Assembly: GCA_050633305.1 (NCBI GenBank)
Contig: JBOEGF010000048.1
Coordinates: 1-17,879 of the forward strand
Length of the DNA stretch: 17,879 bases
Direction: 5' to 3'
Source of the DNA: Nannocystales bacterium
GTDB lineage: Bacteria; Myxococcota_A; Polyangia; Nannocystales; Nannocystaceae
The translations under genes and the position numbers were made by a program. A model generated the notes under the pieces. It worked only from the letters and a program-made list of their open reading frames with translations, was not told where the DNA came from and searched no databases. Positions 1 through 8,044 of this stretch are shown in pieces (the stretch's first letter is position 1; the number at the start of each line of letters is the position of its first letter).

Positions 1-236
1 GCCCGCCAGGGCGAGGACTTACAGCGATTCTGCGACGCAGCGCGGAGAACCCCTCCTTCTGGAGGCGAACCTCGTGCTGACGATCGCCCCCGACAGGCAC
101 GCAGACCTCACAGGGCGCTGAGCACTGGGGCGCGCCATCGAGAAGGACCTGGCTCCCATCGACGCCGCCCATCACGAGTGCTCGGCGGCGGCGAGGAACG
201 AAGCTGTCGCAAAAATGAGGGCCTTCGCTGCGCGGA

Positions 237-1784
237 TCACGGAACCGTGTCCGCCCCTGCGTAGTCCATCGCACCGTCGGTGTTTGGCCGGGTGTCGCCA
301 TCGAAGTCGAACGGCGGGTCACCGTCTTCCCAGATGGCGATGTCCGCGAACTCGGTTTGGCCTGCGGCGGTCAGCCGGAAGTTGGCACCCGCCACGCTCT
401 CGAACCATCCGGGGATGAGGGCGCCTGCATTCTCGTTGCCTGCAACAGCCTCGTCGAACGCGGAATTCGAAGCATCGAGAACGCTGCAATCGATGGAACT
501 CGCATCAGAACCGACAAGGATGCTGTTGCGAACGACCGCGGACCCGCCGTTGCACTGAAGGGAGTCCGCGCCGTCGCCATCGTTCGCGACGATGCTCGAG
601 TACAGGATGCTCAGCTCGCCCGCAGATTCGATACCGGTCGTGGATGCAAACTGGCCGCCGTTCAGGCCCACCATGCAGTTGCGAAGGAACCCACTCGTCC
701 CCGCGGCCAGCGTGATGCCGCCGCCGGTGTTCTGAGCCACCCGTGTGCTGTCCGCGTACAGCGTGCCCGAGGCCTCCGCTGAGATGCCCACGTCGTCTGT
801 GTTGGCGATCAGCTCCATGCGGTGCAGGTAGACGGTCGAGCCCGCACCGGTCACCGTGACGGTGGGGTTGCCACCTGCGCCACGGACTTCCCGCTCGGCG
901 GCGCTATCCGAGACGATGGCGATGGTCTTCCCGCCGTCGACCGTCACCGTGTGGTTACCTCCGCCGCCCGTGAGCAAGATGGTGTGCTCCGCTCCATCGG
1001 CAACCGCGCCGATCGCCGCCTGAATGGCGCCGTTGCTGCCAGCATCGACCTCGCTCACGTTCGCCGCGTCTGCCGAGAAGCATGCTCCCGTTGCGATGTT
1101 GCACGCGTGCAGGTCGATGTCTTGGCACTCCTCGTGGAACGAGCACCCCACGCACGTGTTAATCGCCGCGTCGCACAGCGGCGTCTCACCTCCGCACGCG
1201 CTCGAGTCCTCGGCCGTGCACTGCACGCAGGACGTCCCCACGCACAGCGGCAGCGCCTCGTCGAGCGTCGCGCACGACTCATCCGGCACCGCTGTCGCGT
1301 CGCAGGTCGAGCAGGCTCCGTCCACGCAGAACGGTGCGGCCGGGCCCATGCATGGCACGGTCTCGGAACACTCCGGGCCCGTCGTCGCGCTCGGCTCCTC
1401 CGTGTCGGTCTCAGGCTCCACCGTCGTGCTCGAAGAATCCGTTTCGCCGCCGCTGCTTGTGCTCGCGTCGGCGATCGTCGTCTCTTCTTCGACGCACGAA
1501 GTGTCGTCGGCGATGGCGTTTCCTCGGCCGCAGGGGCTGTAGCACTCGTCTGCAGGGCGTTCGGGGACGCAGCCGTCGATGTCATCCTCGATGTCTGCGA
1601 CGCAGTCCTTGAGTCCGAACGTGCAGTAGTTCCGCGAGCCGTCGGGGTACTTTTCCGCGCAGAACGAATCTCCGTCCTGCGCTCCACTGCAATAGTCGGG
1701 GCTGAGGGCAGTCCAGGTCTGGAGGCATGAGGTGCCCGCGGCAAGGCCGAGCGTAAGGGCGAGTAGAGCTGTTGTGCGGTGCAT
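237..1784 (-). CDS. Cys-rich secreted (lipo)protein with C-terminal right-handed beta-helix (pectin-lyase-like) region, 515 aa
   Basis: Signal peptide ends in a lipobox-like AGTSC. Two Cys-rich regions are separated by a Ser/Thr/Glu-rich linker. The C-terminal half has beta-helix-like repeats (NTGGGI, NCMVGLN, YSSIVAN, VRNSIL) and ends in DFDGDTRP...DYAGAD, typical of beta-helix C-terminal caps. An AAGGA RBS precedes the ATG. Confidence 0.8.
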   Translation of the reverse strand: MHRTTALLALTLGLAAGTSCLQTWTALSPDYCSGAQDGDSFCAEKYPDGSRNYCTFGLKDCVADIEDDIDGCVPERPADECYSPCGRGNAIADDTSCVEEETTIADASTSSGGETDSSSTTVEPETDTEEPSATTGPECSETVPCMGPAAPFCVDGACSTCDATAVPDESCATLDEALPLCVGTSCVQCTAEDSSACGGETPLCDAAINTCVGCSFHEECQDIDLHACNIATGACFSADAANVSEVDAGSNGAIQAAIGAVADGAEHTILLTGGGGNHTVTVDGGKTIAIVSDSAAEREVRGAGGNPTVTVTGAGSTVYLHRMELIANTDDVGISAEASGTLYADSTRVAQNTGGGITLAAGTSGFLRNCMVGLNGGQFASTTGIESAGELSILYSSIVANDGDGADSLQCNGGSAVVRNSILVGSDASSIDCSVLDASNSAFDEAVAGNENAGALIPGWFESVAGANFRLTAAGQTEFADIAIWEDGDPPFDFDGDTRPNTDGAMDYAGADTVP

Positions 1785-1795
1785 GGTCTCGTTCC

Positions 1796-2605
1796 TTAGA
1801 ATCGTCCGGTCAGTCGCAGGCCAGAAAAACTGGGGGAAGCGTCAAGCTGTACGCGAGTGGTCTTCTTGCGCGGCTTCTTCGTCCTGGCTATGCCCACGGC
1901 GATGAGGGCGGCTCCAGCGGCGAGCGCTACACCGCCGACGACAATGAATCCGGTTCCGCGTTGTGAATGATCGACGTAGTTGTCGGAGGTGGGGTTCTCG
2001 GACTTGGATCTGAGCGTGCCTCGGGAGAGGTCGACCGCGCCTGCTATCCCGAAACCCAGGCCTGCTGCAGCAACGGCGGCGCCTACGGAAATGCTTGCGA
2101 GCCCCCACGGGTCCCGTGTTGTCGTGTCGCTCTTTCCCTCAGGTGTTTGCTCTGGTGCTTCCGCATGCTCTGTTTCCTCTTCTCGAGGGATCAGATGCAT
2201 CACGTCGGGGAGTCCGCTGAGGGCGCAGCCGATAAGTTCCGCCTCGCCTTTCTGCAGGCAGCCGATGATCTTGTAGTCGCCGACCCTCTCTCCGTCGACC
2301 TGCACCTCGATGTGCGTGGCGTAGTCGCTTACGGCCTTGTCGGGCTGCACCTCCTCGGAGGCGTTGACCACCTGAAAGACCACCGTCGTGTTCGATGTTT
2401 CGTCGACCGTGACTCCACGTTTTTCAAGCTCCTCGATTGCCCGGCGCTCGAACTCGGGTTTGAGCCGCTCGATTCGGGCCGGATAGTCTCGTTTGAAGCG
2501 CGTCTCAACCGCGACGGCTTGGTAACGAGGCTCGGCCGAGGCTGGCGAGGCGATCGTCCACACGATGAGGGCTGCGAGGCCGCTTCGATATTGGTTCGAA
2601 TTCAT
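1796..2605 (-). CDS. Secreted/membrane hypothetical protein, about 269 aa: signal peptide, globular domain, two C-terminal hydrophobic helices, basic linker and terminal beta-hairpin ending GRF
   Basis: Start reassigned from 2692 to ATG 2605, which has a GGAGGAG RBS and an ATGA overlap with the stop of the upstream kinase. N-terminus is a signal peptide (LAALIVWTIASPASA). Gly/Ala-rich helices are LASISVGAAVAAAGLGFGIAGAV and FIVVGGVALAAGAALIAVGIA. C-terminus is VQLDASPSFSGLRLTGRF. Confidence 0.75.
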   Translation of the reverse strand: MNSNQYRSGLAALIVWTIASPASAEPRYQAVAVETRFKRDYPARIERLKPEFERRAIEELEKRGVTVDETSNTTVVFQVVNASEEVQPDKAVSDYATHIEVQVDGERVGDYKIIGCLQKGEAELIGCALSGLPDVMHLIPREEETEHAEAPEQTPEGKSDTTTRDPWGLASISVGAAVAAAGLGFGIAGAVDLSRGTLRSKSENPTSDNYVDHSQRGTGFIVVGGVALAAGAALIAVGIARTKKPRKKTTRVQLDASPSFSGLRLTGRF

Positions 2606-4266
2606 AGCTCCTCCGTGGAGATCTTTCGGTAGCACTCGTTGTTCAGCCGTACAAGAACTGGAGAGCTGTGCCCCAGGGTTTCTTGAGCGCACGCTGCATA
2701 TCGTCCGAGCTGCATGAGGGCGTTCGCTCGCAAGCGAGTTCTCTCAGTCTTCGAGGGCCAGCAAGACGCTTTCTCCGTGGACGCCAGGACATCCTTCCAC
2801 TGCTTGCTGTTGGCTGCGGCCTTTGCTTCCCCGCGCCGTTCTGCGCATGACGGTGGTGGGGGTTGAGTGGCTTTTCCCTTCTCCGGGGCTGGCGGCGGCG
2901 TGGGCTTCCGAACCTTTGTCTTGCGAGGGGGCTTCGCCGAGGAATCTTGGATGGGCTTAGGTGGGCCTGTGGCGGGCTCGATGTCGATGGGCTCGATGTC
3001 GATGGGTTCGACCTTGGGCTCAGGTTGTGGCTCGGCTGGCGTCTCGGTCAAACCCTCTGGTTGGAGGGCTCCGAGCTGTGATGGCAGGCTTCGCATGATG
3101 GGTGCCGCGGTCGTGCCGGGAGCGGGCAGGGCCCATATGGCGACTAGGCCCGCGAACAAGCCGAGGCAGAGGGTTCCTCCGATGACCGCCAAGCGAAGTG
3201 GCCATGAGGAGGGCACCAGTTCGGATACTGATTCCTGGGGGCTGGGCTCTTGGGGGGTGGGCTCCCGAGGTGTCGCTTCGGGAGGAGTGGCCGTGTTTGG
3301 GAGCGGCTGGACAACGTCGTTCGCTTCTTCCGGCTCGTCCTCTTCCGACCGAGCGAACGACGGTGCCGGGCCGGAGTGAAGGTCACGGATGCGCTTGGCG
3401 AGTTCGGCCGCTGTTGGGCGTTCGTCCGGATCGGTCCCAAGCATGCTGTCCAGCGCGTCGGCGAGTTCTGGCGGGGTTGAGCGACGCATGCGCAGGACAG
3501 GCGGAATTTTCTCCGTCAATTTCTTCTTGAGAATGGAGCGGTCCGCGACGTGCCCAAAAGGAGGGGAGCCCGTGAGTACTTCGTAGAGGGTGGCCCCGAG
3601 GGCATAAATGTCGAAGCTGCAACGGGGGCGAACGCCCGTGCCCTGCTCGGGGCTCATGTAGCGCTTGGTGCCGATGATTAGACGGTTTTCTGTTAGGTCA
3701 GGGCTGCGAGGTTCTTCGCCCTCTCCGGTCGCGAAGGCAAGTCCTAGATCGATGAGGACCGCGGTTCCGTCGTCTCGGACCATGATGTTCTCTGGCTTGA
3801 TGTCTCGGTGCACGACGCCGCGTTCGTGCAGGTGTTCGAGCGCATTGAGAAGGTCGTGGGTGATCCGGATGGTGGCATCGAAGGGGAAGCGACCCGAGTG
3901 GAAGATGATTCGCTCCTTGAGCGAGCGGCCGCGGATGAAGTTGGTGACGAGGTATGGCGAGGAATCGTAGGGGTGCTCAGGGTGGGCGAGCGTCCCGCGG
4001 TCGGTGGCTTGGGCGATGCCTCGTTCTGGGGAGAGTCGGGCGCCGATGCGGATCTCGTTCTCAAAGCGCTTTAACAGACCCGGGTCTTCGCCCGGTTTTG
4101 CGATCTTGACAGCGACCTCCGTATCAAGTCTCAGGTCTGTGGCTCGGAACACGGCGGCGAAGCCTCCGTGGTCGACGAAGGCATCAAGTCGATATCGCTC
4201 ACCGAGCAAAAGACCTTCGAGCTGTCGAGCTGTTTGTGCTTCGGCTTCTGGGTCGCGAGGTTGCAT
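2602..4266 (-). CDS. Membrane Ser/Thr protein kinase (Hanks-type) with Pro-rich linker and Cys-containing TPR-like extracytoplasmic domain, 554 aa
   Basis: Kinase motifs: HGGFAAV (degenerate Gly loop), VAVK, HRDIKPENI, DLG (DFG variant), GTKRYMSPEQ, DIYALG. TM helix LAVIGGTLCLGLFAGLVAIWAL is followed by a Pro-rich region and a helical domain with four Cys. Confidence 0.95.
   Translation of the reverse strand: MQPRDPEAEAQTARQLEGLLLGERYRLDAFVDHGGFAAVFRATDLRLDTEVAVKIAKPGEDPGLLKRFENEIRIGARLSPERGIAQATDRGTLAHPEHPYDSSPYLVTNFIRGRSLKERIIFHSGRFPFDATIRITHDLLNALEHLHERGVVHRDIKPENIMVRDDGTAVLIDLGLAFATGEGEEPRSPDLTENRLIIGTKRYMSPEQGTGVRPRCSFDIYALGATLYEVLTGSPPFGHVADRSILKKKLTEKIPPVLRMRRSTPPELADALDSMLGTDPDERPTAAELAKRIRDLHSGPAPSFARSEEDEPEEANDVVQPLPNTATPPEATPREPTPQEPSPQESVSELVPSSWPLRLAVIGGTLCLGLFAGLVAIWALPAPGTTAAPIMRSLPSQLGALQPEGLTETPAEPQPEPKVEPIDIEPIDIEPATGPPKPIQDSSAKPPRKTKVRKPTPPPAPEKGKATQPPPPSCAERRGEAKAAANSKQWKDVLASTEKASCWPSKTERTRLRANALMQLGRYAACAQETLGHSSPVLVRLNNECYRKISTEEL
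2974..3011. repeat. 15-bp tandem repeat (GGGCTCGATGTCGAT x2 plus a partial copy) encoding EPIDI repeats in the kinase linker
   Basis: Read directly from the sequence; the protein reads VEPIDIEPIDIEPA. Confidence 0.8.
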
Positions 4267-4272
4267 GGCGGG

Positions 4273-5874
4273 TCAGGGGCCGAGGAGCAGGCCTGCGGCT
4301 AGGCCTGCGAGGAGGAATATGACGCATGCCGCGACCCAGAGTTTGTACTCGGGGATGCTGTCGAGCGTGTTGAGGAGGTTGGGGGTCGATGCAGCGATGT
4401 CTTCGGGGTCGTTGGGCTCGGTTTCGTGGGCGGAGTTGCGAGGAATGGCGGCGTCGAGTTCCTCCGATGGGGGGCGCTCTGTTTGGTCGTGGTCGGCGGC
4501 AAGAATCACCTTGGCCGGGGGAGCGCCGTCCTTGAACGCCGCAAATGCCTTGTCGTCGTTGAGGATCTTGATCGACCTGGGGTCGTCGAGGTCGAGTGTC
4601 CATCCCTTATTCCGGGAGGCAGGAGGTGCTGGTGCGATATGTGGAGGAGGGAGGACTTGTGTTGTCTCGATAGTGCCCGTGTGGACTCGTGGCCGGATGA
4701 TCGTCGGCTGCGCTTCGTAGAAGCTTTCGGCCGTCGCGTGTCGTGTGGGGCTCTCGTCGTCGAAGTCTGTGGCGACTTGGGGAGAGGGGGGCTGTGCTGC
4801 TCCGCTGGAGGGCGGGGGAACATGAGAGGTCGCGAGGAGCGTTGCAGGACGGGCTGCCGCGGCGATGTCTTCGGGCGTGATGGCCGTCAGGAAGGCCTCC
4901 GTCTTGCCAGAGGTGCTGCGCTTTCCGTAGCGGCTTTGGATGATGTCTTCGAGATCCTGTTGACCTCGAGCGAGGCTGAGTTCAGGTGACTCGGTGATGA
5001 TGTCCAAAAGCTGAGCCCGTGCGACGGGAGCCGAAGGGCGCTCGCTCGCGTCCCGTTCGAGCATATGTTCGAGGAGGTCGACGAGGCTCTCTGGTACGTA
5101 AGAGGCGAACGGGGGGAGGTCGTGGTCGAGGATTGCTTTGAATAGCGGATAGTCTCCGAGGGTAAGTTTGTCTCCTAGAAACTTCTTTCCGTGGAGCATT
5201 TCCCATGCCACCGCGGCGATGCTCCAGATGTCCATCGCCGTGGTTTGCTCTCCACTCTCGATGCCCTCGGGGGATGTGTAGCTGGGCTTTCCGACCAGCG
5301 AGGGTTCTCGCGAGCGCTCGTTGACGGCCGACGACACCCCGAAATCGGTAAGCACCACAGAAACGGTGGGGCGGCGGATGAGAATGTTGTCGGGAGTGAC
5401 ATCACGGTGGATGACCTCCAGCGTCTCGCCGTCCTTCATGGCCGCGTGGTGGAGGTACTGGAGCGCGACAAGGACCTCGTTGAGAAGGTAGACGGATGCG
5501 GAAAGGGGGAGGCGGGCGCCGCTGCGTTGAAGGTCTCTGAGAAGCGTTTTGAGCGTGACGCTGAAAACGAAATCCATCGCGTAGTAGGGGCGGAGAACCC
5601 CATCGATGTCGTGGATACCTACGTCTCTGATGGCGACGAGGTGAGGGTTCGACAGGCACGACATCAGTTCCATTTCGCGGCGGAATCGGTCCTCCGAGGC
5701 TTCGTCGAGTTCGAGTGTGGGGTACTTGATGGCGACGGGGATCTTGATACTGCCGTCGATCTTGAGTGCTTGATAGACGACGCCCATCCCTCCTTGCCCA
5801 AGGCGCTCCCCGATGGAGTAGTTTCCAACGATACGCCCCGAGAGGTTGGTTGTTTTGTTGGGGGGCGTCGTCAT
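4273..5874 (-). CDS. Ser/Thr protein kinase (Hanks-type, myxobacterial HRDVTPxN type) with C-terminal membrane anchor, about 533 aa
   Basis: Motifs LGQGGMGVVY, VAIK, HRDVTPDNIL, DFG, GKPSYTSPE, DIWSIA. A low-complexity linker leads to a single terminal TM helix (LWVAACVIFLLAGLAAGLLLG). Start placed at ATG 5874 (MTTPPNK) rather than the non-ATG 5934. Confidence 0.93.
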   Translation of the reverse strand: MTTPPNKTTNLSGRIVGNYSIGERLGQGGMGVVYQALKIDGSIKIPVAIKYPTLELDEASEDRFRREMELMSCLSNPHLVAIRDVGIHDIDGVLRPYYAMDFVFSVTLKTLLRDLQRSGARLPLSASVYLLNEVLVALQYLHHAAMKDGETLEVIHRDVTPDNILIRRPTVSVVLTDFGVSSAVNERSREPSLVGKPSYTSPEGIESGEQTTAMDIWSIAAVAWEMLHGKKFLGDKLTLGDYPLFKAILDHDLPPFASYVPESLVDLLEHMLERDASERPSAPVARAQLLDIITESPELSLARGQQDLEDIIQSRYGKRSTSGKTEAFLTAITPEDIAAAARPATLLATSHVPPPSSGAAQPPSPQVATDFDDESPTRHATAESFYEAQPTIIRPRVHTGTIETTQVLPPPHIAPAPPASRNKGWTLDLDDPRSIKILNDDKAFAAFKDGAPPAKVILAADHDQTERPPSEELDAAIPRNSAHETEPNDPEDIAASTPNLLNTLDSIPEYKLWVAACVIFLLAGLAAGLLLGP

Positions 5875-6068
5875 CGGTATCACGTTCCTGTGCGGGATCC
5901 GGGCCGCCGGTCTTCGGGGGGAAAAGTAGAACAATCCTAAGCCCGGGGAGCTGGCGGAGTGCTCGGTGAAAGTGTACCGTTCACGGGACAGTGTGTCAGG
6001 TGATGGACGTCCGGAAGATGCGTGTGGAGTTGACGGGGACCCTCTCTCAGCGGCGAAGGGGGGAGGTC

Positions 6069-7355
6069 ATGGCGCCGTGTGCCAACCGCGTTCGGTTTCG
6101 GGTTCGCCCAGCTTCGGGGGGGCGAGGGCGAAGCGTGGAGGTGGAAGGGGACGTTGTGACGGCCGGCCGGGCGCCCGAGAACGACCTTGTGCTCGATGAC
6201 CCTGAGGTCAGCGTCCTCCATGCGGAGTTTCGGCTTGTTCCGGGCGGGGCGGAGGTGCGAGACCTGGGGAGCACGAACGGCGTCTGGCACGGGGACGTGC
6301 GTCTTGACGTTGGCCTCGTTCCCGAAGGGGCCGAGGTGCGGATGGGTAGTTTTCTCGTTGGGATACGAAAGGTGTCCGAGACTGAAGAGCCGCTCTCCAG
6401 TCGACGTGCGTTCGGCCAGTTCGTCGCGGTGGGGACGGAAATGTCACGCCTCTTTGCCAAGCTGGGGCGCCTCTCAAAATCGCCATGGCCTATCCTCGTT
6501 CAGGGCGACACGGGGGTCGGAAAGGAGTTGATCGCGCAAGCAATACGCGAGCATTCCAAGAGAGCGAGCGGGCCGTACCATGCGCTGAACTGCGGAGCGC
6601 TGCCCCCGTCACTCATCGAGGCCGAGTTGTTTGGTCACGATGCAGGCGCGTTCACGGGGGCCAAAGTCGCCAAGCGAGGGGTCTTCGAGCGCTCGTCGGG
6701 AGGGACGGTGTTTCTGGATGAGATCGGTGAGCTTCCGCTCTCTCAACAAGCCGCGCTGCTTCGTGTGCTTGACCCGGGCATGGTGAGGAGACTGGGGGAG
6801 GATGGCTCGGAGCGGCCCGTCGATGTTCGCGTGATCGCAGCAACGAACCGAGATCTGCGGAAGATGGTGAACGAGGGGACGTTTCGGGCAGACCTGTACT
6901 TCCGGCTCGCCGTTGGCGTCGTGCAGATTCCTCCTCTTCGGGAACGCTCGAAAGGGAACATCGCCGCGCTGCTCAAACTGTTTTCTCAGGGTGTTGGTGA
7001 GGAGCTTGGCGTGGATATTGTTTTCTCTCGCGATGCGCAGAAGGCTCTGGAGCAGTACCCGTGGCCGGGAAACGCGAGAGAGCTGCTGTCCTTCGTTCGT
7101 GCCAGCGCTCTGGAGACCCCGGTCGAAGGCTCGCGAGTCTTGGTTACGAGGCGTGTCGTGGGCGAAGTGCTGCGGGATGGTTTCGTTGTGAGCGCGGTTG
7201 GAGGAGCCGACACGACGGAATCGTTCGACCAGTTCACGAAGGGATGTCAGCAGCGGTACGTCATGACGGTCGTCGAAGAATGTGAGGGGAACAAGGCGGC
7301 AGCAGCAAAGCGACTCGGGATTTCACGGAGCCAGCTCTACCGTTTGCTCCCTTGA
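6069..7355 (+). CDS. FHA-domain sigma54-dependent transcriptional activator (FHA-AAA+-Fis HTH), about 428 aa
   Basis: FHA motifs GR, SVLH, DLGSTNG. Walker A GDTGVGKE, EAELFGH, intact GAFTGA, Walker B FLDEIGELP, FRADLYFRL, WPGNAREL. C-terminal HTH GNKAAAAKRLGISRSQLYRLL. ATG 6069 is preceded by a GGGAGG RBS. Confidence 0.96.
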   Translation: MAPCANRVRFRVRPASGGRGRSVEVEGDVVTAGRAPENDLVLDDPEVSVLHAEFRLVPGGAEVRDLGSTNGVWHGDVRLDVGLVPEGAEVRMGSFLVGIRKVSETEEPLSSRRAFGQFVAVGTEMSRLFAKLGRLSKSPWPILVQGDTGVGKELIAQAIREHSKRASGPYHALNCGALPPSLIEAELFGHDAGAFTGAKVAKRGVFERSSGGTVFLDEIGELPLSQQAALLRVLDPGMVRRLGEDGSERPVDVRVIAATNRDLRKMVNEGTFRADLYFRLAVGVVQIPPLRERSKGNIAALLKLFSQGVGEELGVDIVFSRDAQKALEQYPWPGNARELLSFVRASALETPVEGSRVLVTRRVVGEVLRDGFVVSAVGGADTTESFDQFTKGCQQRYVMTVVEECEGNKAAAAKRLGISRSQLYRLLP

Positions 7356-7445
7356 GTGTTCCCGCTGAGGGACGCTTCTGTGTCTGCTGTGGGATTCTTT
7401 GCGGGGGTGACGTTGTAAGTGCCTGAGATGACAGACACTTGATCC

Positions 7446-7461
7446 TGGTGGTCAAGTTGCT
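7446..7461 (+). promoter_or_regulatory. Candidate sigma54 (-24/-12) promoter for the vgrG operon
   Basis: TGGTGGTCAAGTTGCT has GG (7447-7448), exactly 10 nt, then GC (7459-7460), with a TTGCT -12 element. It differs from the consensus TGGCAC-N5-TTGCW at the CAC positions. It lies in an AT-richer intergenic stretch downstream of an EBP gene. Confidence 0.5.
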
Positions 7462-7631
7462 TTGTTGTCGGCCGTGCTTGTTCAGCGCATCGAAGACAAG
7501 GCAGAGGGAGAACGGGCGCTCCGCTTGATGAGGTGGCGATCGCCGCCACGCGGAGTGGCGTTCAGGTCGAACGGGGCCCTTGTGGTGGGAGACGCCATCT
7601 CGGGCGCCATTCAGACCGAACAGGGGCAGGG

Positions 7632-7808
7632 ATGACCCGCAGCATCCTCCCGCCGTTCCTGCGCCGAGAGTCGCCTTCAGGTCGTCTCTCGGCATCGTCG
7701 AAGCGCCCGGGGTTCTCGCTACCTCCGACGCCAGCGATCGACCCCTGGATGCCCAGCGGGGTCCCTCTGGCCGAGCTCGCTCGCATGACCGAGGGGGCGG
7801 TGCGATGA
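7632..7808 (+). CDS. Small Pro/Ser-rich hypothetical protein, 58 aa
   Basis: ATG follows a purine-rich AGGGGCAGGG. Its TGA overlaps the next ATG (ATGA at 7805-7808). Confidence 0.45.
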   Translation: MTRSILPPFLRRESPSGRLSASSKRPGFSLPPTPAIDPWMPSGVPLAELARMTEGAVR

Positions 7809-8044
7809 GCCGGCCGAGAATGTGGATGCAGGTCGGGACCTGGCCGCCGCCACCGGAGGCTCGTCCAAGAGCGGGACACGTCCAGTGGCAACCCCCACCT
7901 GTGTTCGCGCAGTGGCGTCCGTCTCGGAACTCGCAGGTTCAGCGGCGTCGATGGATCGCAGCGAGCATTGTCTCTGCTGCTGCCTTCGGAGCGACCGCGG
8001 GCAGCCTCGCGACGGCCATGCTGATCGGTGCGGTGTGCGGATGA
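7805..8044 (+). CDS. Small Pro/Trp-rich protein with C-terminal TM helix, 79 aa
   Basis: ATGA overlaps at both ends (7805 and 8041) and a GAGGGGG RBS. Sequence MSRPRMWMQVGTWPPPP...WIAASIVSAAAFGATAGSLATAMLIGAVCG. Confidence 0.6.
   Translation: MSRPRMWMQVGTWPPPPEARPRAGHVQWQPPPVFAQWRPSRNSQVQRRRWIAASIVSAAAFGATAGSLATAMLIGAVCG

Noticed and set aside
1..236. Possible gene end or fragment at the left edge (frame +2 open to TGA near 121)
   Set aside because: Too short, with no recognisable motif.
5891..5906. Minus-strand GG-N10-GC as a sigma54 promoter for the kinase operon
   Set aside because: It lacks the TTGC context, is expected by chance at this GC content, and would leave almost no leader before ATG 5874.
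5964..5986. Inverted repeat GTGAA-N9-TTCAC in the divergent promoter region
   Set aside because: The 5-bp arms are too short to tell from chance without comparative data.
7822..8040. N-terminal extension of VgrG suggested by the ORF track (862 aa)
   Set aside because: VgrG-like sequence starts at ATG 8041, which is ATGA-coupled to a 79-aa ORF occupying this region in another frame.
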